Made by a program: the position numbers and the translations under genes
In this document: one piece after another, positions 1-9,448 of the stretch
How positions within the stretch are numbered: position 1 is the first letter of the stretch
How the letters are laid out: each line of letters begins with the position of its first letter
Origin: a virus
Length of the DNA: 64,000 nt
IMG/VR virus record: IMGVR_UViG_3300030060_004796
Location: 32,001 to 96,000 of that record
Reading direction: 5' to 3' (one strand)
Notes under the pieces: model-generated
What the model was told of the DNA's origin: nothing
Seen by the model: the letters and a program-made list of their open reading frames with translations, nothing else
Database searches by the model: none

Positions 1-429
1 CAATTAAATGAAGATAACAAAGATAGAGGTATGTCATTTGGAGATAAAGCATGGGCAGGGTTTAATAGATTTATGGATAGTAAAGGTGTTCAAACATTTA
101 GTAAAATTGGACAAGGTGCAGTAAGAATAGCTAAACCTTTAAATAGTATTATAGAAAATTACAGATCAGAACAGCAAAAAGATAGTATGATGAAAAATGC
201 ATATCTATCAGACAATATGTTTGCAGCTAAAGATGCAGATATAACAGGAAGTAAAGGAGATTATGATGCTAACACAGGTATATTTAGACCAGATGATAAA
301 GTAGTAGTTGGTCAAACTTATGCAATGCATGGTGGTGAGCATATATATAACAGAGGAGGAGAGATGGAAATAGATATGAATACATATAAACAATTAGTGG
401 CCGCAGGGGCAGAAATAGAAATTATATAA
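1..429 (+). CDS. C-terminal part of a probable virion/cargo protein (frame is open to the left edge)
   Basis: No stop in frame from base 1; GDYDANTGIFRPD segment, MHGG/NRGG motifs like those in the next gene. Confidence 0.6.
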   Translation, partial: QLNEDNKDRGMSFGDKAWAGFNRFMDSKGVQTFSKIGQGAVRIAKPLNSIIENYRSEQQKDSMMKNAYLSDNMFAAKDADITGSKGDYDANTGIFRPDDKVVVGQTYAMHGGEHIYNRGGEMEIDMNTYKQLVAAGAEIEII

Positions 430-432
430 ATT

Positions 433-3400
433 ATGAAAGTAAAAATAAAAAAATTACCAAAAGGTTTTTCCATGCATGATGGAAAAGTGTACAAAGACGG
501 GGGTACAACAGGTGATCAATTTAACTATGGTTTAGTGGGAGTTCCTTCAACAGGTTCTTCAAATGCTTCTAATCCATTTAGTTCAGTTAATTATTCTCTA
601 AACCCTGTGCCTAGAGAAGAAGCAAACCTTGAAGCAGAAAAAGGTGAGACAGTATTAACAGATATGAACAATGATGGAAATTTTGAATTATACAACATCA
701 CTGGTAATAGACATAGTAGTGGAGGTACCCCGTTAAACCTACCACCACAATCTTTTATTTATTCTGATACAACTTCAATGAAGTTAGATAAATTTGAGTT
801 AGCAGAAATGGGATTAACTTCTCCAAAAAAAATTACCCCTGCTAAAGTTTCTCAAAACTTTCAATTAAATAATTTTATTGCATTACTAGATGATGATCAC
901 ACTGATAATATAACAAGAGATACTGCAGAGTATATGTTATCAAAAAATAAAAAATCATTATCTCAATTAGCATTTTTACAAGAAGCAAAGAAAAAATTTG
1001 AAGATGGTGTTCCATTAGCTGCATATCCATATCTACAAGAGAAGGGATTAAATCCTTTAGAATTTTCTCAAAAAATTCAAAATATATCACAAAAGGAAGC
1101 AGAGCAACAGATGATGATGCAACTTCCTATTGAGCAACAAATAGAAATTTTAATGGCTAAAAGACAAGCTGCACAACAACAACAAGCTATGCAACAACAA
1201 CAAGCTATGCAGCAGCAAGGTATGGTACCACCAAGTCAAGGTGGTCAAATAGGAATGCAGGGTGAAAACATTCAAGCTGAAGCTATGATGCCTCAACAAG
1301 GAGGTATGCCACCAATGGCACCACCTCAAGGAATGATGCCTCCAATGCCACCTAATATGCAACCTAACATGCAGTCTAATATGCAACCAGCTATGGCTAG
1401 ACGTGGAGGTCAGCTATCTCACCTACTACCAAAAGCTCAAAACGGACTAACAGAATTTACAGCACAAGCTCCAATATATAATGCAGTTGGTGAGTGTGTT
1501 ATGAACTGTAGACAAATAAACGTTCAACCTGTAGCTGATTTTGAAATAGGTGCTGGTATGTCTGCAGGTAAAATAGGTGATGAGTTCACAGGCTCTGGAA
1601 AACTTACATCAGGTTTTTCATTTAATCCTAATATGGGACAAGGTGGTCTTGATGCTTATATTGGTGGTAACATAGGAGGAAGAGCAACATCTGTTAATCA
1701 AGATGATGTTACTTTAAGTCCATTTGCTAATCTAGTAGCACGTGGAGGATATTCTGGTCATTTACCTCCAGTTAATTTTAGAAATAGACAAGGCTTACCT
1801 TTTGGTCTGGGAGCTTTTTATAATAAAAGCTTAATGGGTAATGAAGGTAATGTTTTTGGAGGATACGGTCAGTTAGGTAACTTCAATATTACTGGAGGAT
1901 ATAATTTTGACACTAATAGCCCACAGTTTACTGCTGGTATTGGAATACCTATTAGACAAAAAGGTGGTGAAGATTTTGAACCACATATGATGTATGATCC
2001 AAAATCAGGAAAAGGTTTTATGGCAAACACTTATGAAGATCATTTACGTATGAAAGAAATGGGCTATCTTCATCAAGAAGAAATGAGAAATGGTGGGTCA
2101 TTACCTTCTTATCAAGATACAGGAGAAACTGGTAACTGGGAAGGTGATCTTTCTTTAAACTTTGGTGATACAAATAGACCAACAGTGTTTATGTCAGGAA
2201 GAAATATAACATCAAGTGGAACAGATGGTCAAACTGGATTTGGTGATATGAATGTTGATAAATACCGTGGTTGGAATTTTGGACTTAATCCTAATGCAGA
2301 AGGAAAAATGCCATGGGGTTGGTACGATCATGATACTGATACAAGGTTTACATCAGATATGGATTTAAGTCAGTATACATTTGACAGATCAAATACTAAG
2401 ATGAATTTTGATAGAAGTATGGGTATAAATAAATATTCTACAGATCCAGGAAATAGAAGTAGAATGTATGCAGAAGGTAGACTTGGTGCTGGATGGGGTG
2501 TAGGTAATGTTTGGGATAGAGTATTTCCTAATTCTCCAGATAATAATTTAATGGAGTCAAAACATGTTCATTATTTAAATCCTTATCTAAGTGGTGAGGC
2601 TGGTATAGATATTGGTCTTAATAAGGACAATGAATCATTAGGATTAAAAGGAACATATAATACAGGATGGAGTCCATATGGAAAAGGATTTGGTATAGGT
2701 GCTAATTTTAAATCAGACAACTTTGGAGTTAATATAGGAGTTGATGATCTATTTAGAGGTAATCAACCTCAGTTTGGTATGTCATATAATTTTAGAAAAG
2801 GTGGTCAACCATTGCGTAAAGCACAAGGAGGTATGGATATTAAGTATGATATATATAATAGAAATATGCTTAATAACGTAATACCAGCTGATAAAACAAG
2901 GGTTGCAGTAAAACCTCCTATATTACCTTTAATAAATAATGATCAACCTGTAATAGAACCTGGTACTCAAGGAAGTATTAATAGTCCTATTGTTCAGAAT
3001 ACTGAACAAATTTTGGACAATATGCAATCATCATATGAAAATCAGTTAGCTACTTATCAGGCAAATTATCAGAGTCTTATGAATCAATACCAGACTCAGA
3101 TGAATAGTATGATTCCTCCAGCAAGTCAACAAGCTAGTTTACTTGGAGCAACAAACTACCCTGATGAAAGTAAGATTGCAGTTTGGGAAACTCATATTGA
3201 GAATGGTGGACCACCACCAGAGAATCCAGATATTAATTATACAACAGCGTATAAGAATGTGTATAATAAAGATTTTGAACCTGAAGAAAAAAATGATAGA
3301 TCAAATAGACCTATTAATAATATAACAAATGTATATGATCAACAAGATCCAGATGCAGGAAATCAAAGTCAAGGCCCTCCAGGAATGGGATACCCAGGAA

Positions 3401-5961
3401 CAAACCTTCCTGCAGGAAATAATAATGATGACGGAACTATAGCTGGAAGAGCAAAAGGTTTACCACTTGATTACACAAATACAGATAACCCTTATTATGT
3501 AGGTGCTAATTGGATGTTCCAAAAAGGTGGAGATATAGATTTAGCTATCCAAGTAAAAAAAGACAAAGAACTTTTAGAAAACAGTTCATGGTGGAATGAT
3601 AATATTTGGGGTCCTACAAAAAATTACTGGAATAGAAGTAGTTGGGGTGATATGATAGGTGATGCAGGTGTTGGTATGATGGCAAAAATGATGCCTGCGA
3701 CATTAATTTCAAATTTTCTTCCTAATTATGCATTTAGTCCAACATATAGAGATTATGTAAATCCTATGATTGATGGTATTAAAGATGAGTTTGTAAAAGA
3801 TAAAGGTATAAGTAATTGGGAACTAATTGAAAAGCAAAAAGATTTTCCTGAACAAAAAAGAAGAGGTGGAGGACTACCTAAAGCTCAGTATAACTTTAAT
3901 ATGGATAATGTAGCTGCGTCAGATAGTACATATGTTAATATGCCAACTGTTGGTGCATATAATATACAAACTAAGCCTACATATGAAATAGGACAGAATT
4001 ATGAAGAGTTAGTAAGTGAATATAATCCTCTTGGTACCTATATGGGTGATATGAGTAGTTACAATGCAGGAACAATTGACAGAACTGATAAAGACAAACA
4101 AATGGATAAAATGGCAATGATGAATCCTGTATCAAGTATTGGTGTAGGATTAAATGCTATTTATGATGGATTGTTTGGTAGTCAATATGGAGGATCATTT
4201 GCAGGTGGTGGTGAGCTACCAATAGCTAAAAAAGGTATTGAATACAATGGTAAAACATACAGTAAAAGAGATCTAAAGAAATTAAAAAATAGTAAAGATC
4301 CTGTAAAGATAGATTTGTATAATAAAATCATGGGTATTGATACAAGAAATCAACAAGAAATAGCTAATGACCAAACACAGAACATCAACCAGATGCGTGA
4401 AAATATTGAAGGCTCAACTACTGTAACAGACTTAACAGGTGGTACAGGAGACTGGGGTGCTTGGTATATGCAAGATGGTCAATCTGAATATAGAGATCAA
4501 AGATATGAAGCATATAAAGCTAGACGTGAAAGTAAAGGTCTAGATGTATTAGATCCAGAAGAATTCCATAATGTATATGTAGAGTTCCAAAAACAAAATG
4601 CATGGCTTGAAGCAAATTTAACTCAAGAAGAAAGAAATGAGAAGAATTGGGATCAAAGTAGAACCTATGGTAAAAATAAAAGATACCAAGAATCTTTAGA
4701 CGGTTCAGGATTTACACCTTTATCTGATGACATGATTAGTCATGTTCAATCAGGATATATTGGAGGTGTTGCATTAAATAAAATGAACGAAGATAATCCA
4801 GATGGTAACATCACTAATTATATGCAAAGTGGTGTGGATGATCAAACTGTATTTGGAATGTCTATATCTCCAGAAGATGGTGTATTTGGTAATACAACTA
4901 ATGATCAAAGAGAAAGTATTTATACAGAAGAAGTTGTAGATCCACAACAGTGTGTTAATGCAGAAGCAATGCAAGCTGCTTGTACAGAAATTGGAGGTAC
5001 ATGGACACCATTTAATGAAGAAGATGGAACAGGTTGTAATTGTGATAAGCAAATTCCACCAGACAAGATTCCACCTCCTCCAGAAAAGAAGCAAACACCT
5101 TTCTGGTTACAAGATGAGCTAGGTTTAGCTAATGCAATGGATACTAAGATGAGTCTAAAGAAACGTTATCCTTGGGCTCCAACTTATGATCAACCTCAAA
5201 TTGATGGTGTATTTAAAGATCCAACAAGAGAAATTGCTGCAATTGGTGAACAGGCTGCTATAGCATCTGAAGCTGCAACAGCATTTGGTGGACCAAGGAG
5301 AGCTATGACTGCTGCTCTTGCTGCACAAGGTAAAGCTAGTACAGCAATTGCGGATGCTATAAATAGAGTTCAAAGTGACAATGTTACTATTGCTAATGAT
5401 ATTAATACTAAGAATGCTGAATTTGAATATAAAACTCAAATGTTAAATAACAATGAGTTAAAGCAATTATATGATAATACAGTATTAACTGAAGAGAACT
5501 ATGATAATGCACTTAGAAAAGCTAATGCAAATATTACAGCGCAATTACAGAATGCTTATACTAATAGAGCAAATACAGCTAATCTAAATAGTATTTATCC
5601 TCAGTTTAGAGTAACACCAGAAACAGGTGGTTTTGTTGAAATTACAGATCCTAAAGCATTTTATGCTAATCCTAATGATGCAATAGATCCTGCAACTTAT
5701 GATGAACAATATGTAAAAACTATTGAGATGCTTAGAAAGAATAACGTTCCTGAAGATCAATGGCCAAAGTATAACAACCCTGGTTTAAATAAAACAGGGA
5801 ATACTACTTGGGCTCAACAGAATGCAGGTGCTATCACTAATTCAGGGTATCAAGGAGGAGCTCCAACAGCATCTTACGGTAGAGAAACAAGAAAAAGAAA
5901 CAGAATACTTAAAAAAGGGGGACAATTAAGAAATTGGTTTTCTCCATTAAGGGGTGATTAA
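433..5961 (+). CDS. 1842-aa putative ejected/cargo polyprotein with repeated [K/R]xGG junctions and two beta-barrel-like segments
   Basis: Position just upstream of the vRNAP cluster; N-terminal EAEKGE...G.RHSSGG motif typical of crAss-like cargo proteins; modular composition. Confidence 0.65.
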   Translation: MKVKIKKLPKGFSMHDGKVYKDGGTTGDQFNYGLVGVPSTGSSNASNPFSSVNYSLNPVPREEANLEAEKGETVLTDMNNDGNFELYNITGNRHSSGGTPLNLPPQSFIYSDTTSMKLDKFELAEMGLTSPKKITPAKVSQNFQLNNFIALLDDDHTDNITRDTAEYMLSKNKKSLSQLAFLQEAKKKFEDGVPLAAYPYLQEKGLNPLEFSQKIQNISQKEAEQQMMMQLPIEQQIEILMAKRQAAQQQQAMQQQQAMQQQGMVPPSQGGQIGMQGENIQAEAMMPQQGGMPPMAPPQGMMPPMPPNMQPNMQSNMQPAMARRGGQLSHLLPKAQNGLTEFTAQAPIYNAVGECVMNCRQINVQPVADFEIGAGMSAGKIGDEFTGSGKLTSGFSFNPNMGQGGLDAYIGGNIGGRATSVNQDDVTLSPFANLVARGGYSGHLPPVNFRNRQGLPFGLGAFYNKSLMGNEGNVFGGYGQLGNFNITGGYNFDTNSPQFTAGIGIPIRQKGGEDFEPHMMYDPKSGKGFMANTYEDHLRMKEMGYLHQEEMRNGGSLPSYQDTGETGNWEGDLSLNFGDTNRPTVFMSGRNITSSGTDGQTGFGDMNVDKYRGWNFGLNPNAEGKMPWGWYDHDTDTRFTSDMDLSQYTFDRSNTKMNFDRSMGINKYSTDPGNRSRMYAEGRLGAGWGVGNVWDRVFPNSPDNNLMESKHVHYLNPYLSGEAGIDIGLNKDNESLGLKGTYNTGWSPYGKGFGIGANFKSDNFGVNIGVDDLFRGNQPQFGMSYNFRKGGQPLRKAQGGMDIKYDIYNRNMLNNVIPADKTRVAVKPPILPLINNDQPVIEPGTQGSINSPIVQNTEQILDNMQSSYENQLATYQANYQSLMNQYQTQMNSMIPPASQQASLLGATNYPDESKIAVWETHIENGGPPPENPDINYTTAYKNVYNKDFEPEEKNDRSNRPINNITNVYDQQDPDAGNQSQGPPGMGYPGTNLPAGNNNDDGTIAGRAKGLPLDYTNTDNPYYVGANWMFQKGGDIDLAIQVKKDKELLENSSWWNDNIWGPTKNYWNRSSWGDMIGDAGVGMMAKMMPATLISNFLPNYAFSPTYRDYVNPMIDGIKDEFVKDKGISNWELIEKQKDFPEQKRRGGGLPKAQYNFNMDNVAASDSTYVNMPTVGAYNIQTKPTYEIGQNYEELVSEYNPLGTYMGDMSSYNAGTIDRTDKDKQMDKMAMMNPVSSIGVGLNAIYDGLFGSQYGGSFAGGGELPIAKKGIEYNGKTYSKRDLKKLKNSKDPVKIDLYNKIMGIDTRNQQEIANDQTQNINQMRENIEGSTTVTDLTGGTGDWGAWYMQDGQSEYRDQRYEAYKARRESKGLDVLDPEEFHNVYVEFQKQNAWLEANLTQEERNEKNWDQSRTYGKNKRYQESLDGSGFTPLSDDMISHVQSGYIGGVALNKMNEDNPDGNITNYMQSGVDDQTVFGMSISPEDGVFGNTTNDQRESIYTEEVVDPQQCVNAEAMQAACTEIGGTWTPFNEEDGTGCNCDKQIPPDKIPPPPEKKQTPFWLQDELGLANAMDTKMSLKKRYPWAPTYDQPQIDGVFKDPTREIAAIGEQAAIASEAATAFGGPRRAMTAALAAQGKASTAIADAINRVQSDNVTIANDINTKNAEFEYKTQMLNNNELKQLYDNTVLTEENYDNALRKANANITAQLQNAYTNRANTANLNSIYPQFRVTPETGGFVEITDPKAFYANPNDAIDPATYDEQYVKTIEMLRKNNVPEDQWPKYNNPGLNKTGNTTWAQQNAGAITNSGYQGGAPTASYGRETRKRNRILKKGGQLRNWFSPLRGD
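1105..1395 (+). repeat. Gln/Met/Pro-rich low-complexity coding repeat (QQQQAM x2-3; PNMQ-like x3)
   Basis: caacaacaagctatg tandem units at about 1174-1218 and ccta(a/c)atgca-like units at about 1351-1389. Confidence 0.85.
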
Positions 5962-6008
5962 ACTTTAAAAGTGTACTGATATGATATTAACAAACTATAA
6001 AAATTTAT

Positions 6009-6016
6009 TATCTTTG
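6009..6016 (+). promoter_or_regulatory. Bacteroidota sigma70-type -7 element TATCTTTG, 4 nt before the ATG of the 1138-aa gene (near-leaderless)
   Basis: Matches TAnnTTTG in an AT-rich intergenic gap. Confidence 0.55.
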
Positions 6017-6020
6017 TAAT

Positions 6021-9000
6021 ATGGCAACTTATATAAAAGGAGTAACGGATTATATACCTGTCTTGGAAGCATTCAAGCCAGACTATAAGTTCTTATCTGA
6101 TGTTTTAACAGTTAGGCAGGACAGGTATGATACAAACTATAAACAATTAAATAACTTATATAGTAAAGTTGTTCATGCACCATTATCTAGAGAGGATAAT
6201 CAAGAACAAAGAGAACAATATGCTAATACATTAAGTAACGGTTTAAAACAAGTATCAGGATTAGATCTATCATTACAACAAAATGTAGATGTTGCTAAAG
6301 GATTATTTAAACCATTCTTTGAAGATAAAGCAGTGGTGAAAGATATGGCTTTTACAAAATCATATCAAAAACAAATGCAACAAGCTAATACATTTATGAC
6401 ATCATCAAGTGAAAAGATGAGAGATAAGTATTGGCAAATAGGTGTACAAGACCTTAAGTATCAAATGGATGACTTTAAAAACAAAGATGCTAATTGGGCA
6501 TTGTCAGCTCCTATGCCTGCTTATGTTGAGAATCCTAATATATATGAAAGATCATTTGAATCATTAAAAGATAGTGGTCTTAAAATTAAACAAACTACAC
6601 TTGAGGGTGATTGGATTATAACTACACAAAATGGTACAGCTTTAACTAGACAAATTGTAGGGTATGAAAAAGGTGAAGATGGAAAGTTAGATCCAAATAA
6701 ACCTATAATTAGAAATCCTGCTGGTGAACACTTAAAGAATACTGTAATGAAAGACCCTATTGTTACTAGAGGTCTTTTAACAGAAGCTAAAGTAAAAGGA
6801 AGACAGTTCTCAGAAGATCCTGCAAACATACAAAAGTATGGAAGTTCTGAAAAAGCATTAGAATTTTGGGCTCAAGATATATTATCAACACAAACAAAAA
6901 AGGATCAAGAAGATCTTGTTGTTGCAGAACAAGAGGTGAAGTCTGAAAGTATAGCTGCAAGAAACTGGGAAAACTATAAGAAAAAGCATGGTATTATACC
7001 AGGTACACCTGAAGATGAGATGTACTTAAAAGCAATGTTTAATAAACAATTAGTTGTACAAAATAGAGATGCTTTAAAAAGTAGAGTTACAAATCAAAAG
7101 GGTCCAGCATCTGATATGGATCAACTTTTAAATAAAGCATATGCAGCTTATATGGGTAGTGTTATGGGACCTAAAATGACACAAGCTGCAATAGCTTATA
7201 GTCAAATAGATGCAGAACAAACGTTTGAAGCTAATCCATTTAAGAAAATGGAGTATCAACATAGATTTGATCTTAATAAAATGGCTATTCAGTATCAATA
7301 TGATATAGGTAAAATACAAGCTAGACATATTGCTGATATGGAGTTACAACAATTAAAAAATCAAGGAGCAGGATTAGGTGGTAATGATTTAGCAGGTATG
7401 TTAGGTATTACTGGAGGCATGCAAACAAAAGATGGTGATGCAAATATAAGTGGTAGTTTAGCAGGTGTTGATATAGATGGAGATGGTGAGATAGATGATG
7501 ATGAAAGATCATGGGTAGACGTGTTTGCTCAAAATCAAAATGATTTAACACAACTATTAAATTCAGCTGATCAAGCTGATATTTCATTTGTAGAAAAACT
7601 AATAGCTTCAAATTCAGATGACATGGTAGGTGTTGGAGGTTATTTAGGAGGTGGTCAAATTAAATACACCTACTACAAAGATGCAACTAGTGAAGGTGTA
7701 GAAAAAACAGCTGATATTGCTACAGCATTTTCAGATTTAACTGATCAAAGTAATGCAGGGTATCAAAGAAATTCTCTAGAGTTTGGAAGAATAGTTAAGA
7801 ATGTTAGAGGTAAATATGAAAACATTATACAATTAGAAGATGGTTCTGCATTAAATTATGATTTAGCAAACTTAAATATGGATTATGGTAATGCTGCACA
7901 AATTCATGAATTATATAATTCAACTAAAAATACAAGAACAAGAATAAATGAAAAGGTTGAAGAAATGAATAATGTTTATAAAACTGTTCAGGATTATCAA
8001 CTTACAAAAGATAAAAAAATATTTGCAGGTGGTAGTTATGGATATGTTGAAAATACACACCCACCAGTTCTTCTCACACAAGGTCAAATAGATATGCTAA
8101 ATAAAGGTGTAATGTGGCATGATGTAAAATATGCTTCAGACAATGGAAATATTAAAGAACCAGTTCTTGATGGTAGTGGACAACCTGTATACAGAAGAGT
8201 TTCAGAAGATGAGTATGCTACAATATTTGCTAATATGATGAATTTACAGACACATCAAAGAAACCAACTTATAGGTGGTTCACAAGATAGAGATGATCAT
8301 GAATTTTTAGTTTATGAAAATAGAGGTTTACTTGATGACTATGAAACAGAAGCTGAAAAATATTGGAATGTAGACTATGTATCATTAGCAGGTTCAGGTC
8401 AACAAGTAATGGATATGGAAGATCTAGATACTGAATGGCAATTTGACCGTGAAAAAGCATTAAAAGATGGTAGAAAAAAATACGAAACATTAAATAATGG
8501 TTTAAATGCTATTATGAGTGATAAAGGTGCTGCTGGAAGAGGGCAGACATATGATTTAAGAGCTGAGATTATTGGTCAAGAAATTACAGGTGCACCAGGA
8601 GAAACTGCATACAATCAATATACATCAGTATTTGATCCTGCTTCACCAAGTCAAGTTTCAATTGGACAACTAAGGTCATTGATTTTTGGAATGAATAACA
8701 CACCAAATCAGAATGTACTTAAAACTATTAGTATTGGTGATAATAGAACTCTCACTACAGCTGAGATAGGACACGGTAAAGATGCTGAATATGGTAATGT
8801 ATTAGCTCAAAAAATATATGATAAGTATATTGAAAGCTTAGTTACTAATAAGACAGATAAAACACAAGGAAGACCTTTTGTTGGCATATCATACGTAGAA
8901 AAAGTTAGTGGACCAGAACAACCAGATGATGAAAGAGTAGCTGGTTATCATTTAAATTTTGGAGCAGATTATGCTAATACTTTTAAAGGAATGTTTGTTA

Positions 9001-9437
9001 CATCTGATGGTAAACATGATGCAAAAGGTTTTGCTAACTTCTTACAAAATGGTATAACTATAACTCTTCCACAAGATAAAGATATTAATCCTTATAAATC
9101 TACTAATCAATTATTATCATTTACTGACTTAGCAATTAAAGATGAAGGTAATTACACAAGTACTCCTATTCTTAATGGTGGTCATTATACTATCTATAAA
9201 AACTCACAAGGTCAGTATGTACAAGAAACAACTACTTACTTATTTGATGATAATACAGGAGGTATACCAGCACAAACAACAGTTAGTCAGGTACTGCCTG
9301 TAGATCCTAGTCAATTAGACATGTTAGTTATTAATATGGATGAACGTTTATTTCAACTTCAAAAGCAAAATCTTAATAAGAAAGCTGCGTGGGAGAAAAA
9401 AAATAAAGGTAAGACAGAACCTAATAATGCTCAATAA
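6021..9437 (+). CDS. 1138-aa putative ejected (internal virion) protein with an EF-hand-like loop
   Basis: Between cargo polyprotein and vRNAP; helical N-terminus; DIDGDGEIDDDE at 7470-7505. Confidence 0.6.
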   Translation: MATYIKGVTDYIPVLEAFKPDYKFLSDVLTVRQDRYDTNYKQLNNLYSKVVHAPLSREDNQEQREQYANTLSNGLKQVSGLDLSLQQNVDVAKGLFKPFFEDKAVVKDMAFTKSYQKQMQQANTFMTSSSEKMRDKYWQIGVQDLKYQMDDFKNKDANWALSAPMPAYVENPNIYERSFESLKDSGLKIKQTTLEGDWIITTQNGTALTRQIVGYEKGEDGKLDPNKPIIRNPAGEHLKNTVMKDPIVTRGLLTEAKVKGRQFSEDPANIQKYGSSEKALEFWAQDILSTQTKKDQEDLVVAEQEVKSESIAARNWENYKKKHGIIPGTPEDEMYLKAMFNKQLVVQNRDALKSRVTNQKGPASDMDQLLNKAYAAYMGSVMGPKMTQAAIAYSQIDAEQTFEANPFKKMEYQHRFDLNKMAIQYQYDIGKIQARHIADMELQQLKNQGAGLGGNDLAGMLGITGGMQTKDGDANISGSLAGVDIDGDGEIDDDERSWVDVFAQNQNDLTQLLNSADQADISFVEKLIASNSDDMVGVGGYLGGGQIKYTYYKDATSEGVEKTADIATAFSDLTDQSNAGYQRNSLEFGRIVKNVRGKYENIIQLEDGSALNYDLANLNMDYGNAAQIHELYNSTKNTRTRINEKVEEMNNVYKTVQDYQLTKDKKIFAGGSYGYVENTHPPVLLTQGQIDMLNKGVMWHDVKYASDNGNIKEPVLDGSGQPVYRRVSEDEYATIFANMMNLQTHQRNQLIGGSQDRDDHEFLVYENRGLLDDYETEAEKYWNVDYVSLAGSGQQVMDMEDLDTEWQFDREKALKDGRKKYETLNNGLNAIMSDKGAAGRGQTYDLRAEIIGQEITGAPGETAYNQYTSVFDPASPSQVSIGQLRSLIFGMNNTPNQNVLKTISIGDNRTLTTAEIGHGKDAEYGNVLAQKIYDKYIESLVTNKTDKTQGRPFVGISYVEKVSGPEQPDDERVAGYHLNFGADYANTFKGMFVTSDGKHDAKGFANFLQNGITITLPQDKDINPYKSTNQLLSFTDLAIKDEGNYTSTPILNGGHYTIYKNSQGQYVQETTTYLFDDNTGGIPAQTTVSQVLPVDPSQLDMLVINMDERLFQLQKQNLNKKAAWEKKNKGKTEPNNAQ

Positions 9438-9448
9438 AAACCAACAGT

